A stretch of 56,703 nucleotides of DNA. Origin: Spirulina sp. Its GTDB lineage: Bacteria > Cyanobacteriota > Cyanobacteriia > Phormidesmidales > Phormidesmidaceae. Location: positions 1-56,703 of the forward strand of contig JBIPSI010000034.1 in assembly GCA_044070495.1 (NCBI GenBank), given 5' to 3'. The position numbers were made by a program, and so were the translations under genes. The notes beneath the pieces were generated by a model, which saw only the letters and a program-made list of their open reading frames with translations, was not told the origin of the DNA and searched no databases. Each line of letters begins with the position of its first letter. Position 1 is the first letter of the stretch. Positions 30,865 to 40,463 of the stretch are shown here, piece after piece.

Positions 30865-32892
30865 ATGAGTGCCAACCGCCTACTCACCAACATCGCCCGC
30901 CGCTCCCCTGGGCTGTTTCTACTGTCCATTGCCTTTGGGCTGTCGGGGGCGATCTTCAACGGCATTGGGGTAACGCTGATTATCCCGATCATCCTCGATC
31001 TGCTGGGGCAGGATATCCTCTCCGACACCACCTTTCCCCCCGCCCTGCAACCGCTGTTTGCCCTGTTTGAGGACTTACCAGAGGACTACCGCGCCCTGGC
31101 CATGGTGGGGGTGCTGATTGGTGCCCTGCTGCTGAAGAATTTGGCCTTCTATGGCGGGGCGGTGGTGTCGAATGTGCTCAGCCGTTCCTACGTCTACAAC
31201 CTGCGGAAAGATGGCCTGCGGCTGTTGCTGGATGTGGATTTGGACTACCACGCCAACGTGCGCCTGGGCGACCTGATGAACAACCTCAATACCGAGGTGA
31301 ATCGGGTAGCGGTGGCCGTTCGTACCCTGGATCGCATTGCCACCCTGGTGATTACCATCCTGGTGTTTTTGGGGATTTTGGTGGCCATTTCCTGGCCGCT
31401 AACCCTGGTTGCCGTCCTGCTGATGGCGGGGGTGGCCCTAGCGAATCAGGTGTCGATCAATCAGGCCAAAGGGTTTGGGCAGGCGCTTTCTAAGGCGGCG
31501 GGGGCGCTCTCTAGCCGCACCATCGAGGTCTTGTCGGGCATTCGCCTGGTGAAAACCACCGCCAACGAGGAGCGCGAGTTTGAAGCCATCAACCACCTGG
31601 TGCGCCAGCGGGAGGAAGCCGAATTTAAGTCGCAGTTGGTCTATGCCAGCATCAGCCCCACCAACGAAATGCTCAGCATTTTGGCTCTAATTGCCCTGAT
31701 TTTGGTGGGACGCGCCCTGCTGGCGGAGCAACTGGAATCCGTGTCCTCGGTGCTGCTGATTTACTTGGTGGTGCTGTTTCGGCTGCTGCCCTTCATTGGC
31801 CAACTCAACAGCAGCCGTAGCCAACTGGCCAGCACCTCCGCCAGCGCCGACGTGATCGAAGCCTTCCTCAACCGGGCCGACAAACCCTTTATGGCCAACG
31901 GTCACCGCCCCTTTGCCACCCTGAATGAGGGCATTCGGTTCAACCATCTCTCCTTCCGCTACCCCAGGGCCGAGGGCTGGGCGCTGCAAGACATCGATCT
32001 GTTTCTGCCCAAGGGCCAAACCCTGGCGCTAGTCGGATCCTCTGGGGCAGGCAAATCCACCCTGGCCGACCTGCTGCCCCGGTTTTACGACCCCACTCAG
32101 GGCCGTATTGAGATCGACGGCACCGACCTGCGAGAGTTTGACATCCAATCCTTTCGCCGCCGCCTGGGGGTGGTGAGCCAAGACACCTTTTTGTTCAACG
32201 CCTCGATAAAAGACAACATTCGCTACGGCTGCCCCCAGGCCATCGATGAGGAGGTCACCGCCGCCGCCCGCCGCGCCAACGCTGAAGAATTTATCCTGAA
32301 ATTACCCCAGGGCTACGATACGTTGATTGGGGATCGGGGGGTTTTGCTCTCTGGGGGCCAACGGCAGCGCCTCGCCATCGCCCGCGCCCTGGTGCAAAAC
32401 CCCGAAATCCTTATCCTCGACGAAGCCACCAGCGCCCTCGACACCATCTCCGAACGCCTCGTTCAGCAGGCCATCGACGACCTCAGCAAAGATCGCACCA
32501 CCCTAGTCATTGCCCACCGCCTTTCCACCGTGCAGCGGGCCGACCAAATTGCCGTCCTCGACAAGGGGCGCGTGGTGGAAGTGGGCACCCACCAAACTCT
32601 GCTGGCCCAGGGAGAACACTACGCCAAACTCTACGCCATGCAGTTTTCCGACCATCCCACCCCCGCCAACGGCGTGGTAGATGCCCAGGTGCTGCGCCAA
32701 ACCTCCTACAAAGTGAGGTCTGATCTAAACGGCGTTCTGGGCATCCTCAGCATCATCACCACCGACCCCCCAGAACAATCCCAAGACTACGAAGAACTCG
32801 TCGGCGAAGGCTACCGCGCCGCCCTGAACATTTTGCAGACCCTAGAGGATTTAGAAGGACGCATACCCAAGGTGGCATCCACCAAATCGTAG
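30865..32892 (+). CDS. ABC exporter, fused permease/ATPase (HetA/MsbA-like)
   Basis: Six TM helices, GSSGAGKST, LSGGQRQR, DEATSALD, IAHRLST; ATG at 30865. Confidence 0.93.
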   Translation: MSANRLLTNIARRSPGLFLLSIAFGLSGAIFNGIGVTLIIPIILDLLGQDILSDTTFPPALQPLFALFEDLPEDYRALAMVGVLIGALLLKNLAFYGGAVVSNVLSRSYVYNLRKDGLRLLLDVDLDYHANVRLGDLMNNLNTEVNRVAVAVRTLDRIATLVITILVFLGILVAISWPLTLVAVLLMAGVALANQVSINQAKGFGQALSKAAGALSSRTIEVLSGIRLVKTTANEEREFEAINHLVRQREEAEFKSQLVYASISPTNEMLSILALIALILVGRALLAEQLESVSSVLLIYLVVLFRLLPFIGQLNSSRSQLASTSASADVIEAFLNRADKPFMANGHRPFATLNEGIRFNHLSFRYPRAEGWALQDIDLFLPKGQTLALVGSSGAGKSTLADLLPRFYDPTQGRIEIDGTDLREFDIQSFRRRLGVVSQDTFLFNASIKDNIRYGCPQAIDEEVTAAARRANAEEFILKLPQGYDTLIGDRGVLLSGGQRQRLAIARALVQNPEILILDEATSALDTISERLVQQAIDDLSKDRTTLVIAHRLSTVQRADQIAVLDKGRVVEVGTHQTLLAQGEHYAKLYAMQFSDHPTPANGVVDAQVLRQTSYKVRSDLNGVLGILSIITTDPPEQSQDYEELVGEGYRAALNILQTLEDLEGRIPKVASTKS

Positions 32893-32911
32893 GGGCGAGA
32901 TCTCCTCGCCC
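32888..32911 (+). repeat. GTAG-type REP-like palindrome overlapping the ABC-transporter stop codon
   Basis: CGTAGGGGCGAGATCTCCTCGCCC; its TAG (32890-32892) is the stop codon. Confidence 0.7.
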
Positions 32912-33029
32912 GCTGATACCGTAGGGAATTTACCATGAGATTGACTTTGATCGGGATTCCGGCTTGGGTTCTGCCGGAAGGATAACGTGGGGCATAATGG
33001 GGCCAGTTTGCGCTGGGTATTTTGTCGCC

Positions 33030-33617
33030 ATGCCCCCGGATTTTTCCCACCGTACCAATTCGTTGTCCTGGCAAATTCGCCAAGCCCTTCAGCGCACGGG
33101 GGAGTGGTTCGATTACCAATTTTCACGCATCAATATCGACGGCCCCGAAATTCAAAGCTGGGCGTGGCTAGAACCCTTGGCCCGTGGGCTGTTTTGGCTG
33201 ATGGTAGCGGGGCTGGCCCTGTGGCTGGCCTGGTTGCTGTATCAAGGGATGATGGCCTACTTAAACCGTCCTAAAACGCCGAGTAGTCTACGAAACCAGG
33301 CCATTCGCGAAGAGGCTCTGAAGCAAGCGGCCTACTGGTGGAAGGAAGCCCAGCGGCTGGCCCAACAGGGGGACTATGCCGCCGCTTGCAAAGCCCTCTA
33401 CATGGCAGGGCTGGCCAGACTCAACGACACCGAAACCGTTATATACCGCCCCAGCCGCACCGATGGAGAATATCTCACCTGTCTGGCAGAATCCCCTAGC
33501 CGTCCCTACGAACTGCTGATTCGCACCCACGAACGCCTCACCTTTGGCAACGGCCAAGCCACGGAGGAAACCTATCAGCGCTGCCGCCGCGCCTACCAGG
33601 AGATCGCCCAATCGTGA
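33030..33617 (+). CDS. Membrane protein with DUF4129 domain
   Basis: TM helix; A..LA.QGDY..A..ALY, SRTDGEY, HE.L.FG. Confidence 0.8.
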   Translation: MPPDFSHRTNSLSWQIRQALQRTGEWFDYQFSRINIDGPEIQSWAWLEPLARGLFWLMVAGLALWLAWLLYQGMMAYLNRPKTPSSLRNQAIREEALKQAAYWWKEAQRLAQQGDYAAACKALYMAGLARLNDTETVIYRPSRTDGEYLTCLAESPSRPYELLIRTHERLTFGNGQATEETYQRCRRAYQEIAQS

Positions 33618-35086
33618 AAACGGCCCTGACCTGGAATCGACGCACGGTACTCCTAGGGTCTGTGGCCCTGGTGTTCCTGCTAGGACTATTGCTACTCGGC
33701 GCTCCGGCCACCAGTCGGCTAGATAGCGGCTCCACCTGGCACCGGGGGCCAGCGGGCTATAGCGCCTGGTACGAGTCCTTGGAACAGCAGGGAGTCTCTG
33801 TGCAACGGTGGCAGCGCCCGGTGGCGGATTTGCTGGAGCAGGTGGGCAGGGTAGAGAAGAAACCCCAGCCCAAGCCGATTTCCCCTGGATCAGAAGGCAC
33901 CACGACTACGTTGAATCAGGATCTTCAGAACGTTGAGGGACTAGCGGCCAAGGCAGTTGATCCCCCTAAATCCCCCTTAGAAAGGGGGACTTTGAAGCGG
34001 ACTCAGACCCCCCTTTCTAAGGGGGGAAGGGGGGATCTCCACAAGGTTGAGGGACTAGCGGCCAAGGCAGTTGATCCCCCTAAATCCCCCTTAGAAAGGG
34101 GGACTTTGAAGCGGACTCAGCCCCCCCTTTCTAAGGGGGGAAGGGGGGATCTCCAAACCGTTGCAGCCACCAAGACAACTCCCAACGGCCCAGAAACCCT
34201 GGTCGCCATCCTGCCCGGATTTATTGATCAACAAAACCTGTACAGCCTCATCCCCTGGATGACGGACTGGCTGGATGCAGGCCATCGGCTGGTAGTGCTG
34301 GGCTGGAAAACTCCGGCGACGGCAGCGCCCTTTTCCCAAGTGCTGACCAGTGACCAAGGCGCGGTGCAGATTGATACCCGCCGCCGTTACGGCCCAACTC
34401 AGTCGCAGCGGGTGTATCTGCAAGATGAGTACGGTGCCGTGGCCTGGGAGCAGGGCTATTTTGACGAGGGCACGTTTATTGCGGTGGCAACTCCCCACCT
34501 GGGGGCCAATGCCTATCTGAATCAGCCGGGAAATTTGGCGTTTTTGACGGAGTTGGTCACTCGCGAGGGCGGGCGGGTGTGGGTTGACGAGTATCTACAC
34601 GGCTATCGCGACGCAGAGGCGGTGGCCGCTGAGGTGGGGAGCGACAGTTGGCTGGCCTACCTGGGTCGGACTCCCTTGTTGATTTTGGGATTGCAAGCCC
34701 TAGCGGTAACGCTGCTGGCGTTGCTGGCCTTTAACCGTCGGCTGGGGCAGCGGCGCAGGGTGCAAACGCCCCAAATCGACAACAGCCGAGCCTACATCCA
34801 AGCCCTGGCGGGGGTGTTGCACAAGGCCAACAGCCACGATTTTGTGGTGCAAACCCTCAGTCAGGCGGAGCGCATCACCCTACAGAAAGCCCTGGGATTG
34901 GGGGAAACGCCCGTCCCCACGGAGCAACTACAAGCGGCCTGGGTGCAGCAGTACCGCCGTAGCTCTGGGGAACTGGCCGACCTCCTCGACCCGCCCACCC
35001 CCCGCACCGAAACCCAACTGCGCGACTGGCTCCAGCGGGTACAATCCCTACAGCCCCTTTCCTCCGGAGATTCCCAACGACCATGA
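33614..35086 (+). CDS. DUF4350 domain membrane protein with in-frame repeat insertion
   Basis: GSTW..GP.GY.AWY, DEYLHGY, C-terminal TM followed by RRLG; typical partner of MoxR/DUF58. Confidence 0.8.
   Translation: MKTALTWNRRTVLLGSVALVFLLGLLLLGAPATSRLDSGSTWHRGPAGYSAWYESLEQQGVSVQRWQRPVADLLEQVGRVEKKPQPKPISPGSEGTTTTLNQDLQNVEGLAAKAVDPPKSPLERGTLKRTQTPLSKGGRGDLHKVEGLAAKAVDPPKSPLERGTLKRTQPPLSKGGRGDLQTVAATKTTPNGPETLVAILPGFIDQQNLYSLIPWMTDWLDAGHRLVVLGWKTPATAAPFSQVLTSDQGAVQIDTRRRYGPTQSQRVYLQDEYGAVAWEQGYFDEGTFIAVATPHLGANAYLNQPGNLAFLTELVTREGGRVWVDEYLHGYRDAEAVAAEVGSDSWLAYLGRTPLLILGLQALAVTLLALLAFNRRLGQRRRVQTPQIDNSRAYIQALAGVLHKANSHDFVVQTLSQAERITLQKALGLGETPVPTEQLQAAWVQQYRRSSGELADLLDPPTPRTETQLRDWLQRVQSLQPLSSGDSQRP
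33932..34159 (+). repeat. 114-bp tandem duplication (38 aa x2) containing the GATCCCCC...GGGGGATC core
   Basis: Units start at 33932 and 34046; 33959-33993 is identical to 7385-7419. Confidence 0.9.
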
Positions 35087-36033
35087 GCGACCTTCAGGCG
35101 GCGATAACGCGCATCGGCAAAACCCTCGGTAGCGTGGTGGTGGGGCAAGAGGCCCTGGTGCAGCAGCTTTTGGTGGCGTTGCTGGCGGGGGGGCACGTCA
35201 TTTTAGAGGGGGTACCGGGGACAGGGAAAACCTTGCTGGTGCGGGTGCTGTCGCGGCTCATTCAGTCGGATTTTTCTCGCATTCAGCTCACGCCGGATAT
35301 TTTGCCCTCGGACATTTCTGGCACCAATGTTTTCGATATGACCAACCGCACCTTCACCCTCAAGCGCGGCCCGGTGTTTACCCAGGTTTTGCTAGCGGAC
35401 GAAATCAACCGCACTCCGCCCAAAACCCAGTCGGCCCTGCTGGAGGCGATGGAGGAGCAGCAGGTCACCCTGGACGGCACTAGCCACCCCCTACCCGACC
35501 TGTTTTGGGTGGTGGCGACCCAGAACCCCCTGGAATTTGAGGGCACCTATCCCCTCCCAGAGGCCCAGCTCGACCGCTTTCTCTTTAAGCTGGTGGTCGA
35601 TTACCCCGCCCCCGCCGCCGAAAAGCAGATGCTCCTCAACGCCCAGGCCGGATTTGAGGCCAAGCGGCTCGACATCGGCCAACTGAAGCCCATCGTTAGT
35701 GCCAATCACGTTTTGGCGGCGCGGAAGGAGGCCAAGGCGGTTCCCGTGCAGGAGTCGATTTTGGATTACCTGCTGGCCCTGGCCCAGAAAACCCGCCAGC
35801 ACCCCGATTTAGAACTGGGCACCTCCCCCCGATCCACGGTGCAGTGGCTGGCCGCCAGCAAGGCCCACGCCTGGATCAACGGCCAAGAGTACGTCACGCC
35901 GGATAACGTCAAAGCCGTCGCCCCTGCCCTGCTGCGCCATCGCCTGGTGCTGGGGGCCGAAGCCCAACTAGACGGCCTCACCACGGATCGGGTAATCCAG
36001 GGCGTGCTGGATGCCGTGGCGGTGCCCCGCTGA
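35083..36033 (+). CDS. moxR: MoxR family AAA+ ATPase
   Basis: LEGVPGTGKT, RIQLTPDILPSD, LADEINRTPPKTQSALLEAMEE, ATQNP.E.EGTYPLPEAQLDRF. Confidence 0.95.
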   Translation: MSDLQAAITRIGKTLGSVVVGQEALVQQLLVALLAGGHVILEGVPGTGKTLLVRVLSRLIQSDFSRIQLTPDILPSDISGTNVFDMTNRTFTLKRGPVFTQVLLADEINRTPPKTQSALLEAMEEQQVTLDGTSHPLPDLFWVVATQNPLEFEGTYPLPEAQLDRFLFKLVVDYPAPAAEKQMLLNAQAGFEAKRLDIGQLKPIVSANHVLAARKEAKAVPVQESILDYLLALAQKTRQHPDLELGTSPRSTVQWLAASKAHAWINGQEYVTPDNVKAVAPALLRHRLVLGAEAQLDGLTTDRVIQGVLDAVAVPR

Positions 36034-37355
36034 TGGCCATCGTTCCCACGGGCAGAACCTACGGCCTGCTGCTGGGGGGCGGGCTGGTGGCAACGCTGTT
36101 GGCCAACTTTTTTGAGGGGCCAAATCGTCTGGCCATTGCCCTGCTAGCGCTAGGACTCTTCGACGGCCTGGTTCTGTTGGCGATGCTGTGGGACGGCTGG
36201 CGAGTGAAGGCTCGACGGGCCACCATCACGCGGGATCGCCTCCATCGCCTCTCCATTGGCCGAGACAACCCCATCAACCTCCAGGCCGAAGTCCCCCACC
36301 GCACCCGCCTACGCCTGTTCGACAACTACCCCACCGATTTCGACGGCACCCCCATGCCGCTGACCGTCGAAATCGCCGCCCGCGAGCCGCAAACCCTCAC
36401 CTTCACTGTCCACCCCAAACGGCGGGGGGAATACCCCTGGGGCGATGTGCAAGTCCAACAGCTCAGCCCCCTGGGCCTCGCCTGGGCCGATTGGACGATC
36501 GCCGCCGCCGCCCCCGTAGCCGTCTACCCCGACCTGATTGGCCTGCACCAGCTTTCCGTCAAGCTCGCCCTCCAATCCACGGGCACCCTGAAGCAAAAGC
36601 GACGGCTGGGGGTGGGCACCGAGTTTGCCGAACTACGGGAATACGGCATCGGCGACGACCTGCGCTTCATCGACTGGAAGGCCACCGCCCGCCTCAGCCA
36701 GCCCCTCATCCGCGTGCTGGAGCCAGAGCGAGAACAAACCCTGCTGATTTTGCTGGATCGCGGTCGGCTGATGACGGCCCAGGTGCAGGGGCTCACCCGG
36801 TTTGATTGGGGCCTGAATGCGGCCCTCTCCTTGGCGCTGGCGGGGGTCAGTCGCGGCGACCGCGTCGGCCTGGGCGTGTTTGATCGCACCCTGCACACCT
36901 GGCTCCCCCCCAAGGGCGGGCAGGCCAATTTTCAACGGATGATCGAACGGCTCACCCCCATCGAACCCGTCCTCGAAGAATCCGACTACCTCGCTGCCGC
37001 CACCCACGCCGCCCAACAACAGCACCGCCGCTCCCTGGTGGTCATCATCACCGACATTGTGGATGAAACCGCCAGCGCCGAACTGCTCTCGGCCCTGGCC
37101 CGCCTGCGACCCCGCCACCTGCCCTTCTGCATCACCCTGCGCGACCCCGCCATCGACCGCCAAGCCCACCAACCCACGACAGAAGTGGATGCCGCCTACC
37201 AACGCGCCGTGGCCCTAGATTTGCTGAGCCAACGCGAAACGGCCTTTGCCCGCCTAAAAAAACGAGGGGTTTTGGTGCTAGATGCCCCCGCCCACCAAAT
37301 CGTGGAACCCCTGGTGGAAAGTTATTTGCGGATTAAGAGCCAGAGTAGGTTGTGA
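36033..37355 (+). CDS. DUF58 domain (VWA-like) protein
   Basis: GTEFAELREY..GDD.R.IDWKATAR, LD.GRLM, GDRVGL. Confidence 0.92.
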   Translation: MAIVPTGRTYGLLLGGGLVATLLANFFEGPNRLAIALLALGLFDGLVLLAMLWDGWRVKARRATITRDRLHRLSIGRDNPINLQAEVPHRTRLRLFDNYPTDFDGTPMPLTVEIAAREPQTLTFTVHPKRRGEYPWGDVQVQQLSPLGLAWADWTIAAAAPVAVYPDLIGLHQLSVKLALQSTGTLKQKRRLGVGTEFAELREYGIGDDLRFIDWKATARLSQPLIRVLEPEREQTLLILLDRGRLMTAQVQGLTRFDWGLNAALSLALAGVSRGDRVGLGVFDRTLHTWLPPKGGQANFQRMIERLTPIEPVLEESDYLAAATHAAQQQHRRSLVVIITDIVDETASAELLSALARLRPRHLPFCITLRDPAIDRQAHQPTTEVDAAYQRAVALDLLSQRETAFARLKKRGVLVLDAPAHQIVEPLVESYLRIKSQSRL

Positions 37356-37562
37356 GAGTGTTGTTTAGGGGCGTTCACGACAGTGGCAATATGGCTGTGA
37401 ATAAGCCAGCGCGAAGCATAAAGGACTGTTAACTTTCGAGGAATATCATTACACCTAGAAGCCAGCTTGATTTTTCGGTCTATGATTGGAGCTAAAAGTG
37501 CAATGAAAACAGATGCTTAACTACTAAGCCAAAGCCCTTTAAATCAAACATGAGGTTACATA

Positions 37563-37778
37563 GTGGATGTAGTCAATTCAGCATTAGGTAGTTCTGTCGC
37601 GGCATCTTCAAAGATCGCAGTTGAAGTTGCAACTCAAGAGCTTGAAGACTTTTTAAACGGAGAAGGTTCACAAGAAAATTTAGAGAAGTCAATAAGCAAC
37701 TCAGTTGTCAGAGCTTCTACTTCAGCATCTGAGGAGTCTACTATCTCGGAAAAACTTAATGATTTTTTAGATGATTGA
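37563..37778 (+). CDS. Small acidic Ser-rich hypothetical protein (AT-rich island)
   Basis: GAGG RBS before GTG; 19 bp upstream of the next ORF. Confidence 0.55.
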   Translation: MDVVNSALGSSVAASSKIAVEVATQELEDFLNGEGSQENLEKSISNSVVRASTSASEESTISEKLNDFLDD

Positions 37779-37797
37779 GTAGTGAAGCTAGAAACAT

Positions 37798-38304
37798 ATG
37801 GATACCCTTAATTACTCTACAGGCTCAATTATTCAGTTAGATGGCGTTAAACATTGCGATATCGTACTGGACACGCATAGAGTGGTTGGATTAATAGCAT
37901 CTCAAGATGAGTCACGCAACAAAAAAACATGTAAGTTGTTCTTAGCAGATCTAAGAGCTATGCCACTTCATCCTGTAACAGAAAAGCCTGCAAGTTATAC
38001 ACTGATTCACCAGCCTATCTATCCAATAGATATCTCACAAATGAAAGAAAGGCTACAGAAGCTTAGGCCAAAATACGAAGGAACCGAATACAACATTATC
38101 CAAAATAATTGTCAGCATTTTGCATGGGAACTTATTACTGGCGAACGTAAATCACCAGATGCCGATAAGTGGAAAATGCTAGGCCCATTTTCTAATGCTG
38201 TTGGAGCAATAAAAGATTTTGGTAGCACCAATTCTTTTGAGAGTTTGGTTGATATCAATCCCTTTCAGGAGAATTTTTCTCTATTTCTGATGACTCAATT
38301 CTAA
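37798..38304 (+). CDS. LRAT/PPPDE-like permuted papain-fold protein
   Basis: N-terminal His (VKHCDIV) and YNIIQNNCQHFA..L.TG catalytic-Cys motif. Confidence 0.7.
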   Translation: MDTLNYSTGSIIQLDGVKHCDIVLDTHRVVGLIASQDESRNKKTCKLFLADLRAMPLHPVTEKPASYTLIHQPIYPIDISQMKERLQKLRPKYEGTEYNIIQNNCQHFAWELITGERKSPDADKWKMLGPFSNAVGAIKDFGSTNSFESLVDINPFQENFSLFLMTQF

Positions 38305-38405
38305 TGAATTAATAATAGTCCAGTGATGTGCTTCAGCCTTTCAGGATGATCGCTACATAATCATTTCAGGTACGGTAGACTAGCACCTCTTTATCTCCTT
38401 AGTTA

Positions 38406-38440
38406 GTAGGGTGCGTTATTAGGCTTAGCCATAACGCATC
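38406..38440 (+). repeat. GTAG-type REP-like palindrome
   Basis: GTAGGGTGCGTTAT...ATAACGCATC. Confidence 0.55.
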
Positions 38441-38652
38441 AAAGCCTTGAACACTATAAATTGCCTATAAAATAGGTGCAGCAAAGGAAAGCGAAGTAAT
38501 GTCTAGGAGAGACGATTTACATTTTTCCCTACGCCGCACTCTAGCTAGTAGGCACGTTAGGCTAAGCTGTAATTTTTCAAAAGATTGAAGGCTCGTGACA
38601 GCAGAATTCATAAATTTCAGGTGTATTTCTAAATTGAGACAGATGGTGAGTT

Positions 38653-39652
38653 ATGACCGATCCCTTACAGCCTCAATTTACTGAAATCCTCGCGCTAATT
38701 AAAACGGCTCAACAAAGAGCCATCACCACAGCCAACCAAGAACTCATCAAACTATATTGGAGCATCGGTCAATACATCAGTCAACGCCTAGCCAGCAGCG
38801 AATGGGGTCAAAAAAATCGAACAACTGGCAACCTTCATCCAACTTCAAGAACCTGGGATTAAAGGCTTTGAAAAGCGCAACCTGTATAGAATGTGCCAAT
38901 TTTACGAACCCCATCCCAATTTTCAAATTGTGTCATCACTGCTGACACAATTAAGCTGGACTCACCATTCAATCCTAATTTCTCGCTGTAAAACCGAAGC
39001 CGAACGCCTTTTTTACCTCGATCTTGCCGTCACCCAAAGATACAGCACCCGCGAGTTAGATCGTCAAATTAATAGCGGCATTTTTGAGCGTACTTGCCTT
39101 GCCGATACAAAACTTTCACAAATCATCCATCCAAAACCTCTCTCTGGGGTCTTTCGTGATAGCTACGTCCTAGACTTCCTCAACCTACCCTCCAATCACT
39201 CCGAAAACGATCTAAAAACGGCCCTCGTCTACCATCTCAAAGACTTCATCCTCGAACTTGGGCGAGACTTTACCTTCCTCGGACAAGAATATCGCCTTCA
39301 GGTTGGCAACAGCGATTTCTTCGTTGATCTACTCTTTTTCCATCGCGAACTTCAATGCCTTGTCGCCTTTGAACTCAAAGTCGATAAATTTCGACCTGAA
39401 TACCTTGGACAGCTCGAATTCTATCTTGAAGCCATTGATCGCAATCTCAAGAAACCCCATGAAAATCCGAGTATTGGAGTGCTCCTTTGTCGAGATAAAG
39501 ACGATGAAGTTGTTGAATATGCGCTCAGTCGTTCAGTGAGTCCTACCGTCGTTGCAGAATACGAAATCAAACTGATTCCCAAAGAAGTCTTACGAAGAAA
39601 GCTGAACGAGTTATACGAATTAATAGCCGTCCAAGAAGAACCGTATCCTTAA
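38653..39652 (+). pseudogene. yhcG: YhcG/DUF1016 PD-(D/E)XK nuclease, frameshifted at an A7 run
   Basis: N-terminal NQELIKLYWSIG..WG continues in the +1 frame as IEQLA...GFEKRNLYRM.QFY, LSWTH, ELGRDF, DLLFFHRELQCLVAFELK; shift at 38810-38816. Confidence 0.85.
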
Positions 39653-39710
39653 AATTACAGACAGGCGACAACGCTGCTTGATAACATCTAAATTTCAGAG
39701 TACTTTTGCC

Positions 39711-40022
39711 ATGAGTCAGACCTTAAACTACGCAGACGTCCTAAAAAAGACCTTGCAAGAGGCCGTAGTTAACCAACCCCGACTACAGGCCATCAAACTC
39801 TATCCCGTTTGCGATACCGAATCTGGCCACTTCCTAGTACTCGCCACAGGCTGGGACAAACAAACCTGGATGGACACCATTCTATTCCACGCCCGCTTAG
39901 TAGATCACAAGATCATCATCGAAGAAGACAACTTCGAGGAAAGCCTGACTCAAACCCTAATTGCAAACGGCATCAATCAGGAGGATATCATTACTTATTT
40001 AGAACCCACCTTTGCCGCCTAA
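39711..40022 (+). CDS. xisI: XisI family protein
   Basis: D.ESGHFL...GW, ILFH..L...KI.IEED..EE.....L...GI..EDI. Confidence 0.8.
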   Translation: MSQTLNYADVLKKTLQEAVVNQPRLQAIKLYPVCDTESGHFLVLATGWDKQTWMDTILFHARLVDHKIIIEEDNFEESLTQTLIANGINQEDIITYLEPTFAA

Positions 40023-40032
40023 AAGTTGAGTT

Positions 40033-40174
40033 AATTGTGTCATCGCTGCTGACACAATTAAGCTGGACTCACTATTCAATCCTAAGTTCGCGCTGTAAAA
40101 CCGAAGCCGAACGCCTTTTTATCTTAACCTTGCCGTCACCCAACGATACAGCATTTGCGAGTTAGATCATCAAA
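40033..40174 (+). pseudogene. Degenerate duplicate fragment of the YhcG gene (copy of 38926-39068)
   Basis: About 142 bp near-identical direct repeat with substitutions and a 1-bp deletion. Confidence 0.8.
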
Positions 40175-40232
40175 ATCCATCTCTAGCTTTTGATATAATT
40201 GATCCTAGATCTAAATAACTTAGGAGGGACTG

Positions 40233-40463
40233 ATGCGTTCAATTGAGCAACTGACCGAAGAAATCTTGTCCCTCCCAAGCGAGTCGAGAGCATTGCTCGC
40301 AGACAAACTAGTAGAAAGCTTAGAGTTCGACACTGACTCAGCTATTCAGTCCACTTGGGCCACTGAAGCCAAACGCCGAAGAGATGAGGTGCGAAATGGT
40401 TCCGTTCAGACCGTTTCGGGTGAAGATGCCTTAGCCCAAGTCAGACGCCTGATTGAGCCATGA
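40233..40463 (+). CDS. Addiction-module antitoxin component (TIGR02574-like)
   Basis: L.LP...RA.LA..L..SL...I...W..EA.RR..E...G.V; AGGAGG RBS. Confidence 0.88.
   Translation: MRSIEQLTEEILSLPSESRALLADKLVESLEFDTDSAIQSTWATEAKRRRDEVRNGSVQTVSGEDALAQVRRLIEP

Noticed and set aside
33932..34159. Tandem palindromic repeats as a mini-CRISPR
   Set aside because: The would-be spacers are identical and the unit is in-frame coding sequence.
39711..40022. xisI as evidence of a heterocyst excision element
   Set aside because: No xisH, recombinase or interrupted nif/fdxN gene; stand-alone XisI genes are common.
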